From positions 2,112,001 through 2,176,000 of the forward strand of contig CAVYTA010000006.1 in assembly GCA_963771355.1 (NCBI GenBank): DNA of 64,000 nucleotides, read 5' to 3'. The position numbers were made by a program, and so were the translations under genes. The notes under the pieces are model-generated. The model saw only the letters and a list, made by a program, of their open reading frames with translations, was not told where the DNA came from and did not search any database. This stretch comes from an uncultured Candidatus Rokubacteria bacterium. GTDB lineage: Bacteria; Methylomirabilota; Methylomirabilia; Rokubacteriales; CSP1-6. The stretch's first letter is position 1, and the number at the start of each line of letters is the position of its first letter. Positions 31,671 through 40,057 of the stretch are shown piece by piece.

Positions 31671-32662
31671 CGCGCCAGGTGCTGGAACCAGACGCGCGTG
31701 GCCGCCTCGATCTTCTCGGGCGTCCACAGCGGCGCGGTGCGCCAGTCCTCGATGTGCCGGAGCATGGAGGCCACCCCCTGCGGGAAGGACACCGTGGGGG
31801 TCCACCCCAGGTGCCGCTGGATCTTGGTCACGTCCGCCCACGTGCAGTCGGGCTCGCCCGGACGCTTGGGGAGACGCACGACCTCGCCCTCCATCAGCTC
31901 GACCAGGCGGTTGACCGTGGGGGGCGTGCCGCCGCCGCCGAGGTTGTAGATCTCGCCCTTGCGGTCCGACTCCGCCGCCTGCAGATAGGCGCGGGCCACG
32001 TCGGTGACGTAGACGAAGTCGCGCTGCTGAGTTCCGTCGCCCACCACGGTGAACGGCTTGCCGTGGAGCTTCTGGGCGAGGAAGACTCCGAACACCGCGC
32101 CGTAGGCGCCGGTGGTCTTCACGCGGGGCCCATACACGTTGAACATCCGGATCGAGATCACCGGCAGCCCGTAGACCTGGCCCCAGTGGAGTGCCGCGCA
32201 CTCGCCGAGATACTTGCTCAGGGCATAGGGATACTCGGGCTTGATGGCGGCCGCCTCGGTGGTGGGCAGCTCGGCGGCGAGGCCATAGCACGAGGACGAA
32301 GCGGCGTACACGAGCTTGCGCACGCGGGCGTGCCGAGCCGCTTCCAGCACCGCGAGCGTGCCGTTGACGTTGGCCCGCATGTAGTCCAGCGGGCGCTCGA
32401 TGGACGGTACGATGTCGCCGATGCCGCCGAAGTGGAAGACGTAGTCCACCCCCTTGAAGAGCGGGGAGTCGGGGGGGAGCGTGACCATGTCCACGGGGCC
32501 GTCGAACCGCACCCGGGGGTTGCCGCGGTGCTGCGCGAGGTTCTCCTCACGGCCGCCCACGAGGTTGTCGATCACGGCCACCTCGAAGCCCCGGTCCACC
32601 AGGAGGTCCACCACATGGCTCCCGATGAACCCGGCCCCTCCGGTGACGACGGCGCGCGGCAT
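31667..32662 (-). CDS. NAD-dependent nucleotide-sugar epimerase/dehydratase
   Basis: VTGGAGFIGSH, ASSSCYG, YALSK, FNVYGP and GDG.Q.RDFVYV.D motifs; intact ORF. Confidence 0.92.
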   Translation of the reverse strand: MPRAVVTGGAGFIGSHVVDLLVDRGFEVAVIDNLVGGREENLAQHRGNPRVRFDGPVDMVTLPPDSPLFKGVDYVFHFGGIGDIVPSIERPLDYMRANVNGTLAVLEAARHARVRKLVYAASSSCYGLAAELPTTEAAAIKPEYPYALSKYLGECAALHWGQVYGLPVISIRMFNVYGPRVKTTGAYGAVFGVFLAQKLHGKPFTVVGDGTQQRDFVYVTDVARAYLQAAESDRKGEIYNLGGGGTPPTVNRLVELMEGEVVRLPKRPGEPDCTWADVTKIQRHLGWTPTVSFPQGVASMLRHIEDWRTAPLWTPEKIEAATRVWFQHLAR

Positions 32663-32665
32663 CGC

Positions 32666-33677
32666 TCAGGCCAGGCCCGAAGCCTGGATGGTCTTGACGT
32701 TGTAGTAGCGGATGTCGTCCTTCGGATTGGGGACCTTGCCCGCGCGGAAGGCCGCACACAGGTCTCGGACAGCGTCCTCGATCGTCCGCTGGGGCGTCCA
32801 GCCGAGCTCGCGCTTGATCTTGTCCGACGACACGTGGTACGAGCGCAGGTCGTTGCTCGGCGAGGTCTCCACCGTGATGGGGGCCAGCTCCGGCATCTCC
32901 TGCTCCACGATCGTGCGCACGATCTCGCCCAGCTGCGCCACGGTGTGGTTCTGGTACGCCGCGTTGAAGGTCTTCCCCGCGATCATGTCCGCCGGCGTGG
33001 ACAGGAGCTCCACGTAGAGATCGGTGATGTCCTCGATGTGGATGTTCGGCCGCTTCTGGGTGCCGCCGAAGATGGTGATCCGCCGCTGGGTCACCGCCAG
33101 ACTGGTGAGGATGTTCACGGTGAGGTCCAGCCGCAGCCGCGGCGAGTATCCGCACACGGTGGCCGGCCGGATGATGACGGTGGTGAAGGTGGGGACCTGG
33201 TAGCGGAGCAGGATGGGCTCGCACATGCCCTTGTACTTGTTGTAGTCGGTCAGCGGGACGAGCGGGTGGTCCTCGGTGACGTCGGGCGCGTCGCTCACCC
33301 CGTACACGCTCGAGGTAGACGCGTAGATGAACCGCCGCACACCCACCTGCCGCGACTCCGCCACCAGCGGCTCGAAGCAGTCGTAGTTGATGGAGCGGCT
33401 CAGCGTCGGGATTCAGCTCGAAGCTCGGGTCGTTCGAGATGCAGGCGAGGTGGATGACCGCGTCCACGTCCCGGAGGCTCTTCTTGACCGCCGCCGCATT
33501 GCGCAAGTCGCCCTTGACCAGCTCCAGCTTCGGATGCGGTGGCAGCACGTCCTCGCCGAAGAGGAAGAGATCGATCACGCGGACCCGGAACCCCCGGGCC
33601 AGGAGCTTCGGCACCAGGACGGCGCCGACGTACCCGCCGCCTCCGGTGACCAGCACTGTCTTCCCGTCGCTTGCCAT
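32666..33677 (-). CDS. NAD-dependent nucleotide-sugar epimerase/dehydratase, one frameshift (~33400)
   Basis: VTGGGGYVG, HLACISNDPS, ASTSSVYG, YNKYK and RPATVCGYSPR.RLDL motifs. Confidence 0.88.
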
Positions 33678-33678
33678 C

Positions 33679-34404
33679 TCAGGCTCCCCGCGCCACGGAC
33701 TCTCGCTTGACGTAGATCGCCCACCATACCCGGGCGATGGTCCGCAGCGCCTTCAGGATGTTCGTGATCGACACGGCCTTCGATCGGCCATGGGCCCGCT
33801 CCACGTGGGTGAGGCCCACCTCCACGCTGCTATGGCCGGCATGGAGCGCATGGATCAGCATCTGGGTCAGGAAGTAGAACCCGCCCTCCGTCTTGGGGAG
33901 CGCACGGGCCAGCGCGATCGGATAGATGCACGGTCCCTGGTAGTAGCGCATCTGGAGGCCGAAGAGCACGTTCACCAGCCCGGTGGAGGCCCAGGTCAGG
34001 AAGCGGCGGTGGAGCTGGCGGGCCCGCGGATTCTGGTGATAGGGCGCCACGATGTCCGCGCGCCCGACCGCGGCGAGGATGTCCCGCACCGACCCGCGGT
34101 CGATCTCGCCGTCGCCGGCAAGAAAGCTGAAGTGGTCCAGCTTCGCCTCGTCCAGCGCACGCTCGTAGGCGGCGGCGATGCCCAGGTTGCGCGGCTGGTG
34201 CAAGGCGCGCACCCGCGGATTCTCCTGAGCCAGCCGATCGGCCAGCTCGCGCGTCCCGTCCGTGCTGCCATCGTTCACGACGAGGATCTCGTACTCCGCC
34301 AGCACGCCGTCCGCGGCCCATACGATGTCGGCCACCGCCCGCTCGAGATTGTCCACCTCGTTGAAGGCGGGCAGGAACACCGAGACGCGTCGCAGGGGCT
34401 CCAT
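33679..34404 (-). CDS. Glycosyltransferase family 2 (DPM1-like polyprenol-phosphate glycosyltransferase)
   Basis: VSVFLPAFNE, VVNDGSTDGT, H..N.G, GDG and R..G.SK motifs; about 240 aa. Confidence 0.85.
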   Translation of the reverse strand: MEPLRRVSVFLPAFNEVDNLERAVADIVWAADGVLAEYEILVVNDGSTDGTRELADRLAQENPRVRALHQPRNLGIAAAYERALDEAKLDHFSFLAGDGEIDRGSVRDILAAVGRADIVAPYHQNPRARQLHRRFLTWASTGLVNVLFGLQMRYYQGPCIYPIALARALPKTEGGFYFLTQMLIHALHAGHSSVEVGLTHVERAHGRSKAVSITNILKALRTIARVWWAIYVKRESVARGA

Positions 34405-34405
34405 G

Positions 34406-35440
34406 TCAGTAGGGCCCCGCGAACGTGGCCTGCACGTCGGCCACGCCCTTCCCCGCCGACGTGCCCGCCTTGAGCACCTCGAGACAGGCCCGGGCGATGG
34501 TGAGCGGGTTCGGATGGAAGGCGTCCTCCAGCGGCCGGGAGACCGGCGCGGGGGAGTCCGGCGGCGTCACCCGGCGCACCGGCGCCTTCAGGTACGGGAA
34601 GGCCTTCTCCGCCGCCACCGCCGCCACCTCGGCGGACACGCCGCAGAGCGCCCAGCTCGTGTCGGCGACGACAAGCCGCCCGGTTTTTCTCAAGGACCGG
34701 ACGATGATCTCGTCGTCGAGGGGCCGGATGCTGCGGAGGTCGATGACCTCCGCGTCCACGCCCTGCTCGGCGAGGAGCTTGGCCGCGCGGAGGGCCTCAT
34801 AGGCCATGAGCGAGACGCCGACGATGGTGATGTCCTTGCCCGCCCGCGTCACCGCGCCCTTGCCGAAGGGGATGGGCTCGAGCCCCTCGGGCACCTCACC
34901 CTCGAGCTCGTACAGCGCGCGGTTCTCCAGCAGCACCACCGGCCCCGTGCCCTGCAGCGCGCTCACCAGGAGCCCCTTGGCGTCGGCGGGCGTCGCCGGC
35001 GTCGCCACGTAGAGGCCGGGGAAATGGGCGAAGGTCGCCTGGAGGCTCTGGGAGTGCGTGGCCCCCTGGCCCCAGCCGCGGCCCACGATGCCGCGCAGCA
35101 CGATCGGCACGCCGGACCCGTTCGCGAACATGTAGCGCCACTTGGCGGCGAGGTTCGCGAGCTGATCCATGCAGAGGAACATGAAGTCGTTCCGCGGGTG
35201 CACGACGAGGGGCCGCTTGCCCATGGCGGCCGCGCCGATGGCGATGCCGGTCATGGCGTTCTCGCCGTTGGGGATGTCGAAGACGCGGGCGTCGCCGAAG
35301 CGGCGGTGCGCCTCGAACGTGGTCCCGAAGATGCCCTTGAAGTCGTCGACCCCGATGCCGGCCACGAAGATGCTGGGATCGGCCTCCATGCACTGGACCG
35401 TGGCCTCGCTGATCGCCGCCCCGTAGCTGAGTCGTCGCAT
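34406..35440 (-). CDS. ThDP-dependent 2-oxoacid dehydrogenase E1 beta-like / transketolase C-terminal subunit
   Basis: RVFDIPNGE, G.A.GAA.G.RP, DQL.N.AAK, G.THSQ and EVIDLRSIRPLD motifs. Confidence 0.9.
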   Translation of the reverse strand: MRRLSYGAAISEATVQCMEADPSIFVAGIGVDDFKGIFGTTFEAHRRFGDARVFDIPNGENAMTGIAIGAAAMGKRPLVVHPRNDFMFLCMDQLANLAAKWRYMFANGSGVPIVLRGIVGRGWGQGATHSQSLQATFAHFPGLYVATPATPADAKGLLVSALQGTGPVVLLENRALYELEGEVPEGLEPIPFGKGAVTRAGKDITIVGVSLMAYEALRAAKLLAEQGVDAEVIDLRSIRPLDDEIIVRSLRKTGRLVVADTSWALCGVSAEVAAVAAEKAFPYLKAPVRRVTPPDSPAPVSRPLEDAFHPNPLTIARACLEVLKAGTSAGKGVADVQATFAGPY

Positions 35441-35449
35441 GCGGCGCTC

Positions 35450-36412
35450 CTAGTACGTGCCCAGCGTGAGGTCTTCGACCGCCGGGAAGGGCGCCGCCTT
35501 GGCGGCAACCACCGCGCGATCCACCTCGGCCTGGCTGGCGCGCGTCATGGCCTCGACCTCCGCGGGGGTGCAGGCCCCGGTGCGGACCAGCCGCGTGGTG
35601 GCCCGCTCGATCGGGCAGCGCGCGATCCACGAATCCACTTCCGCCTTGCTGCGGTAGCCCTTGTCGTAGTCCCAGAGCGGCCCCACGTGCTCGCGCCAGC
35701 GATACGTCGTGCACTCGAGAAAGGCCGGACCCGCGCCGGTCCGACAGGCCGCCACCGCCTCGCGGGCGGCCTCGTACACCGCGAAGACATCGTTGCCGTC
35801 GACCAAGCACGAGGACAGGCCGTAGGAGGCGGCGCGCGCGTGGATGGAGACGCCGGCCGGCTGGCGCACGTCCAGGCGCGTATGGGTCGAGTAGCCGTTG
35901 TTCTCGCACACGAAGAGCACGGGGAGCTTCTTCACCACTGCGAAGTTGAGCGTCTCGTGGAAGATGCCCTCCTCCACGGTGCCGTCACCGAAGAAGGTCA
36001 CTGCCACGCGGTCCTGCCCGTCCATGGTGAAGGCCAGCGCCGAGCCCGCCGCCACCGCCATGGTCTGGCCCAGGATGGCCGACGACGCGATGACCCCGGC
36101 GTCGAGGTCCGACAGGTGCACCGAGCCGCCGCGGCCACGCGCGGAGCCCGTCTCCTTGCCGTAGAGCTCCGCCACCATCGCGTCGAGGTCGCCGCCCTTG
36201 GCGAGGTAGTGCGCGTGGCAGCGATGGCCGCTGTAGACGGCGTCGGTGCGACGAAGCGCAGCGCACACGCCCACCGCCACGGCCTCCTGGCCGATGGAGA
36301 AGTGCGTCGGCGTCCGCATTTCCTGGGCCGGGTACAGCTCGGCGAGCGTCTCTTCCGTCCGCCGGATACGGATCATCTCTCGGAGTAGGTGCCGCTCGAC
36401 TTCCATGGTCAT
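35450..36412 (-). CDS. ThDP-dependent 2-oxoacid dehydrogenase E1 alpha-like subunit
   Basis: HFSIGQEA, HR.H.H, GRGGS.H, ThDP motif GDG...ENN and TYRW..H. Confidence 0.9.
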   Translation of the reverse strand: MTMEVERHLLREMIRIRRTEETLAELYPAQEMRTPTHFSIGQEAVAVGVCAALRRTDAVYSGHRCHAHYLAKGGDLDAMVAELYGKETGSARGRGGSVHLSDLDAGVIASSAILGQTMAVAAGSALAFTMDGQDRVAVTFFGDGTVEEGIFHETLNFAVVKKLPVLFVCENNGYSTHTRLDVRQPAGVSIHARAASYGLSSCLVDGNDVFAVYEAAREAVAACRTGAGPAFLECTTYRWREHVGPLWDYDKGYRSKAEVDSWIARCPIERATTRLVRTGACTPAEVEAMTRASQAEVDRAVVAAKAAPFPAVEDLTLGTY

Positions 36413-36636
36413 CGTCCTCGTCCTGACTTCCTGGCTTTGAGCGGCATGCCGATGGCCAGCCGTCCGGCGTCAGCCGGATGGCATTCTTGGTCACAACGAG
36501 CCCGTCCGGGGCCTCCGGAGAGGGCCACCCAGCTCCGGGTCAACCATCAAGAAGCCCGCCACGTCGCTAGTTTAGCACCCGCCCCGGACCGGAGACGGCA
36601 AACCCCGCGTCCGGCCCGGGGCACACGAGGAGAGGC

Positions 36637-36653
36637 TGCAGGAGCTATGCCAG
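36637..36653 (-). promoter_or_regulatory. Putative sigma54 (-24/-12) promoter for the sugar island
   Basis: Minus strand cTGGCATagctcCTGCA gives GG-N10-GC, about 225 bp upstream of the E1 alpha start. Confidence 0.45.
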
Positions 36654-36743
36654 GGCCCTCGACAGGAGAGCGAAGTTGGGGCACAGTCTCCCCACACCGG
36701 AGCTGAGCCAGAGCTGACCCAGAGCCCCGAAGGAGCCGGCCCC

Positions 36744-38069
36744 ATGAGCGATTCCTCCGTCTTTTCCCGCCGCACGCCGGGCACCCGGCATCCCGAGATC
36801 GTCCGGGGCGAGGGGTCCTATCTCTACGATCGTGACGGCAAGAAGTATCTCGACGCGGCCGGCGGCGCGCTGGTCGTCTCGGTGGGGCATGGGGTGCCGG
36901 AGATCGCGGACGCCGCGCGCGAGCAGCTGGGGCGCCTCGCCTACGTGCACGGCTCCGAGTTCACCTCACCTGCCGTCGAGACCCTGGCGCGTGAGATGGC
37001 CCGGCGCGTGCCGATGGACGACGCGCGGCTGTACCTGGTGTCGGGGGGCAGCGAAGCCACCGAGACCGCCATCAAGCTGGCGCGAACCGTCCAGCTCGCC
37101 CGCGGCGCCGCCGGGCGCTACAAGGTGATCTATCGCTGGCCGTCCTATCACGGCGCCTCGCTGGGCGCGCTGGCCGTCTCCGGCCGGCCCCGACTGCGCG
37201 GCCAGTTCGCGCCCATGCTGACCGCCTATCCCCATGTGCCCGCGCCGTATCCGTACCGGTGCACCCTGCGCGGCTGCGGGGAGGTCTGCTCCCTCGCCTG
37301 CGCGGAGGCGCTCGACGCCCTCATCCGCGCCGAGGGGCCGGACTCGGTGTCCGCCTTCATCGCGGAGCCGGTGGTGGGCGCCTCCGCGGGCGCCGTCGTG
37401 CCTCCACCCGGCTACTACGAGACGGTGCGCGAGATCTGTGACCGTCACGGCGTGCTCTTCATCGCCGACGAGGTGATGAGCGGGATGGGCCGCACCGGCC
37501 GGTGGTTCGGCATCGAGCACTGGCCCGGCGTCCGGCCCGACATCGTCACCTGCGGCAAGGGCGTGACCAGCGGCTATGTCCCGGGCGGCGCGGTGCTCGT
37601 GCGCGGCGAGCTGGCGGACGCGGTGAACCGGGCCGGCGGCTTCCCGCACGGCTTCACCTACAGCCATCATCCGGTGGTGGCGGCGGTGGGACTCGCGGTG
37701 CTCAACTACGTGGAGAAGCACGATCTCGTCGCGCGCGCGGCGGCGGCCGGGGCCAAGCTCCTCAAGCGGCTGGATGGGCTGCTCGACCTCCCCGCGGTGG
37801 GCGAGGTGCGGGGACGGGGCCTGCTCACCGCGGTGGAGATCGTCGCCGACCGCGAACGCCGGGAGTCGTATCCGGGCGGGGAGAAGATGGCCGAGCGCAT
37901 CCAGCACGAGGCGATGCGCCGGGGCGTCGTGGTGTATGCCTCCGGCGGCCAGGACCGCGGCCAGGGTGACCTCCTTCTGCTGGGGCCGCCCTTCACCATC
38001 AGCGACGCGGAGATCGAGGAGGCCGTCGGCACGCTCGGCGATGCCATCTCCGCGGTCACTCGCGCCTGA
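36744..38069 (+). CDS. Class III PLP-dependent aminotransferase
   Basis: G.G.YL.D.DG..YLD, SGGSEA.E.A.K, SYHG, FIADEVMSG.GRTG and PLP-Lys in CGKG. Confidence 0.92.
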   Translation: MSDSSVFSRRTPGTRHPEIVRGEGSYLYDRDGKKYLDAAGGALVVSVGHGVPEIADAAREQLGRLAYVHGSEFTSPAVETLAREMARRVPMDDARLYLVSGGSEATETAIKLARTVQLARGAAGRYKVIYRWPSYHGASLGALAVSGRPRLRGQFAPMLTAYPHVPAPYPYRCTLRGCGEVCSLACAEALDALIRAEGPDSVSAFIAEPVVGASAGAVVPPPGYYETVREICDRHGVLFIADEVMSGMGRTGRWFGIEHWPGVRPDIVTCGKGVTSGYVPGGAVLVRGELADAVNRAGGFPHGFTYSHHPVVAAVGLAVLNYVEKHDLVARAAAAGAKLLKRLDGLLDLPAVGEVRGRGLLTAVEIVADRERRESYPGGEKMAERIQHEAMRRGVVVYASGGQDRGQGDLLLLGPPFTISDAEIEEAVGTLGDAISAVTRA

Positions 38070-38077
38070 GGAGCGCC

Positions 38078-38446
38078 ATGGACGATTCCGCCGCTCCCGA
38101 GACCATCGGCGTCGCGCAGGTCTTCGATCTCCACGCCCTCAAGGCCTTCGCGCCCGACCGGCGCGTGCGCAGGATGCTCTTCAAGACCGATCAGCTCTGG
38201 TCGGAGATCGCCTGCTATGAGCCGGGCCAGTCCACCGTCATGCACCAGCATCCCCGCGAGGAGGAGGCGATCTACGTCCTCGAGGGGCGCGCGAACATGA
38301 GCATCGACGGACACGAAGTGGTCGTCCCCGCCGGCGCCATCGTCAAGTTCCCCGCCGCGGTGCCCCACGATGTCCGCAACCTGGGGACCGAGCGCTGCGT
38401 GATCATGTTCCTCAAGGTCAACCCCAAGGTGCTCAAGCACCCTTGA
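38078..38446 (+). CDS. Cupin-domain protein
   Basis: HQHP.EEE..YVLEG and P...PH...N metal-binding motifs. Confidence 0.85.
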   Translation: MDDSAAPETIGVAQVFDLHALKAFAPDRRVRRMLFKTDQLWSEIACYEPGQSTVMHQHPREEEAIYVLEGRANMSIDGHEVVVPAGAIVKFPAAVPHDVRNLGTERCVIMFLKVNPKVLKHP

Positions 38447-38472
38447 CTTGGGCGCGGCCGGATCCGTATCGT
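38443..38472 (+). promoter_or_regulatory. Possible sigma70 promoter (TTGACT-18-TATCGT) for the diiron oxidase unit
   Basis: Hexamers overlap the cupin stop. SD (gaggag) precedes ATG 38518. Confidence 0.4.
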
Positions 38473-38517
38473 CGGACCAGCCGTGACCGCCACCGAGTGA
38501 GCGAGAGGAGAGCCTCC

Positions 38518-39201
38518 ATGAGCAGCGCGACCCCGTTTCGCACCCAGCTCGAGGACGCCGTGAATGCCCGCCATAGTCGCATCAATCCCTTCACCGAGAA
38601 GTGGGTCAATGGCGAGCTGACTCGTGCCCAGCTCGGCGCCTGGGTCTGCCAGCATTACCAGTACGTGTCGCAGTTCGCGCGCTGGTGCGCCACCATCTAC
38701 GGCAACTGCCCGGATTCGGACGCGCGCGACTTCCTGCTCGAGAACATCATCGAGGAGGAATCCGGCACCAAGCACGTGGACCTCCTCATCCGCTTCGGCG
38801 AGGCCTGCGGGGTGAGCCGCGCCGAGGTCGAGCGTACGCGCCAGCTTCCCAGCACCCGCGGGCTCACCGCCTGGTGCTACGAGACGTCCCGGAAGCCCTT
38901 CCATCTGGCGGCGGCCGGACTCCTGGTGGGGCTCGAGTCCCAGGTCCCCGGCATCTACAAGCGCAATCTCCCTCCGCTCCGCACGCATTACGGCTTCACC
39001 GATCACGAGGTGGAATTCTTCGCCATCCACATCGACGCGGACGAGGTGCATGGCGAGCGCGGCTATCAGATCGTGGAGCGCCACTGCCCCACCCCCGAGC
39101 GGCAGGCCGACGCCACCGATACCGTCCGCCAGGCCACCGAGATGCGCTGGCAGTACATGAGCGGCCTTCACCGCGCGTTTGTCCTGAAGGACGACCTCTA
39201 G
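38518..39201 (+). CDS. Heme-oxygenase-like diiron oxidase (CADD/PqqC/TenA superfamily)
   Basis: ENIIEEE....H, ESQ and FF.IH...DE.H motifs, matching the CADD-type E/H/E/H/D/H diiron ligand pattern. Confidence 0.85.
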   Translation: MSSATPFRTQLEDAVNARHSRINPFTEKWVNGELTRAQLGAWVCQHYQYVSQFARWCATIYGNCPDSDARDFLLENIIEEESGTKHVDLLIRFGEACGVSRAEVERTRQLPSTRGLTAWCYETSRKPFHLAAAGLLVGLESQVPGIYKRNLPPLRTHYGFTDHEVEFFAIHIDADEVHGERGYQIVERHCPTPERQADATDTVRQATEMRWQYMSGLHRAFVLKDDL

Positions 39202-39203
39202 GC

Positions 39204-39527
39204 GTGACCGGGGCCCGGGAAGTCCGGGTCGCCGCCCTCGCGGACCTCGCCGCCGGAGCCCTCCGGCCGGTGGAAGTCGACGGCACCCGCATCGTGCTGG
39301 TCCGCGTGGGGGACGCCGTGCACGCCTGTGGTGGCGTGTGTCCCCACCGCGGGGGATGGCTCAGCGAGGGCAAGCTCTCCGGCATGCGGCTGGCCTGCCC
39401 GCTGCACGGCTGGATCTTCGACATCCGCAGCGGCCAGTGCCTCTTCCCGGGACGCGGCGCCCGCGTGTCGTCCTATCGTGTCCGCATCGATGGCGACAGT
39501 GTCTTCGTGGAGGTACCCGCGCCATGA
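39204..39527 (+). CDS. Rieske [2Fe-2S] ferredoxin
   Basis: CPHRG...CPLHG..FD..SG motifs; about 107 aa from GTG 39204. Confidence 0.9.
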   Translation: MTGAREVRVAALADLAAGALRPVEVDGTRIVLVRVGDAVHACGGVCPHRGGWLSEGKLSGMRLACPLHGWIFDIRSGQCLFPGRGARVSSYRVRIDGDSVFVEVPAP

Positions 39528-39970
39528 TCACCGTGAAGCGGCTCACCCTCGAGGACGCCAAGGTGCTGCTCGCGGCGGCCGAGGCCAAGGCCCGCGAGAT
39601 CAACGTGACCGAGACCATCTGCGTCTGCGACGACGGTGGGCACCCCATCGCGCTGCACCGGATGACGGGAGCCCGGCTCACCGGAGTCGAGATCGCCATC
39701 GCCAAGGCCTTCACCGCGGCCGGCCACCGGCGCCCCACCCACCGCTTCAACGAGCCGCCGGCGGGCCCCGCGCTCCCCGGCAATGAAGCCTTCGGCATCC
39801 ATGCCATGCACCCGGGCAAGTTCGCCATCTTCGTGGGCGGCTTCCCCATCGAGGTGGACGGCGAGGTGGTCGGCGGCATCGGGGTGAGCGGGGGCAACGG
39901 CGAGCAGGACATCGCGGTCGCCACCGCCGCGCTGGGGGCCTTTCAGGCCTCGCTCAAGCCCCGGCCATGA
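39524..39970 (+). CDS. GlcG/HbpS-family heme-binding protein
   Basis: V.D.GG......RM.GA, IA..KA.TA and GG.PI...G.VVGGIGVSG...EQD motifs. Confidence 0.88.
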   Translation: MITVKRLTLEDAKVLLAAAEAKAREINVTETICVCDDGGHPIALHRMTGARLTGVEIAIAKAFTAAGHRRPTHRFNEPPAGPALPGNEAFGIHAMHPGKFAIFVGGFPIEVDGEVVGGIGVSGGNGEQDIAVATAALGAFQASLKPRP

Positions 39971-40057
39971 CGGGAAAGGCCCAGTGCCTCCCCCGCGCCG
40001 CTACGAAGCAGTCCGGCAAAGATTGGTGGCGGCCCGCCCGCCCCGTATGATGGCGGC

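Noticed and set aside
34406..36412. Housekeeping pyruvate dehydrogenase pdhAB
   Set aside because: No E2 or E3 genes are present and the context is a sugar-nucleotide operon, so gene symbols were withheld.
36700..36728. 11-bp direct repeats (gagctga[g/c]cca) upstream of the aminotransferase
   Set aside because: Only two and a half short copies in GC-rich DNA. They could be a regulator box but are not distinguishable from chance.
38518..39201. pqqC or tenA assignment
   Set aside because: No other pqq genes are nearby. The full diiron ligand set fits CADD-like HDO enzymes better than cofactor-free PqqC or TenA.
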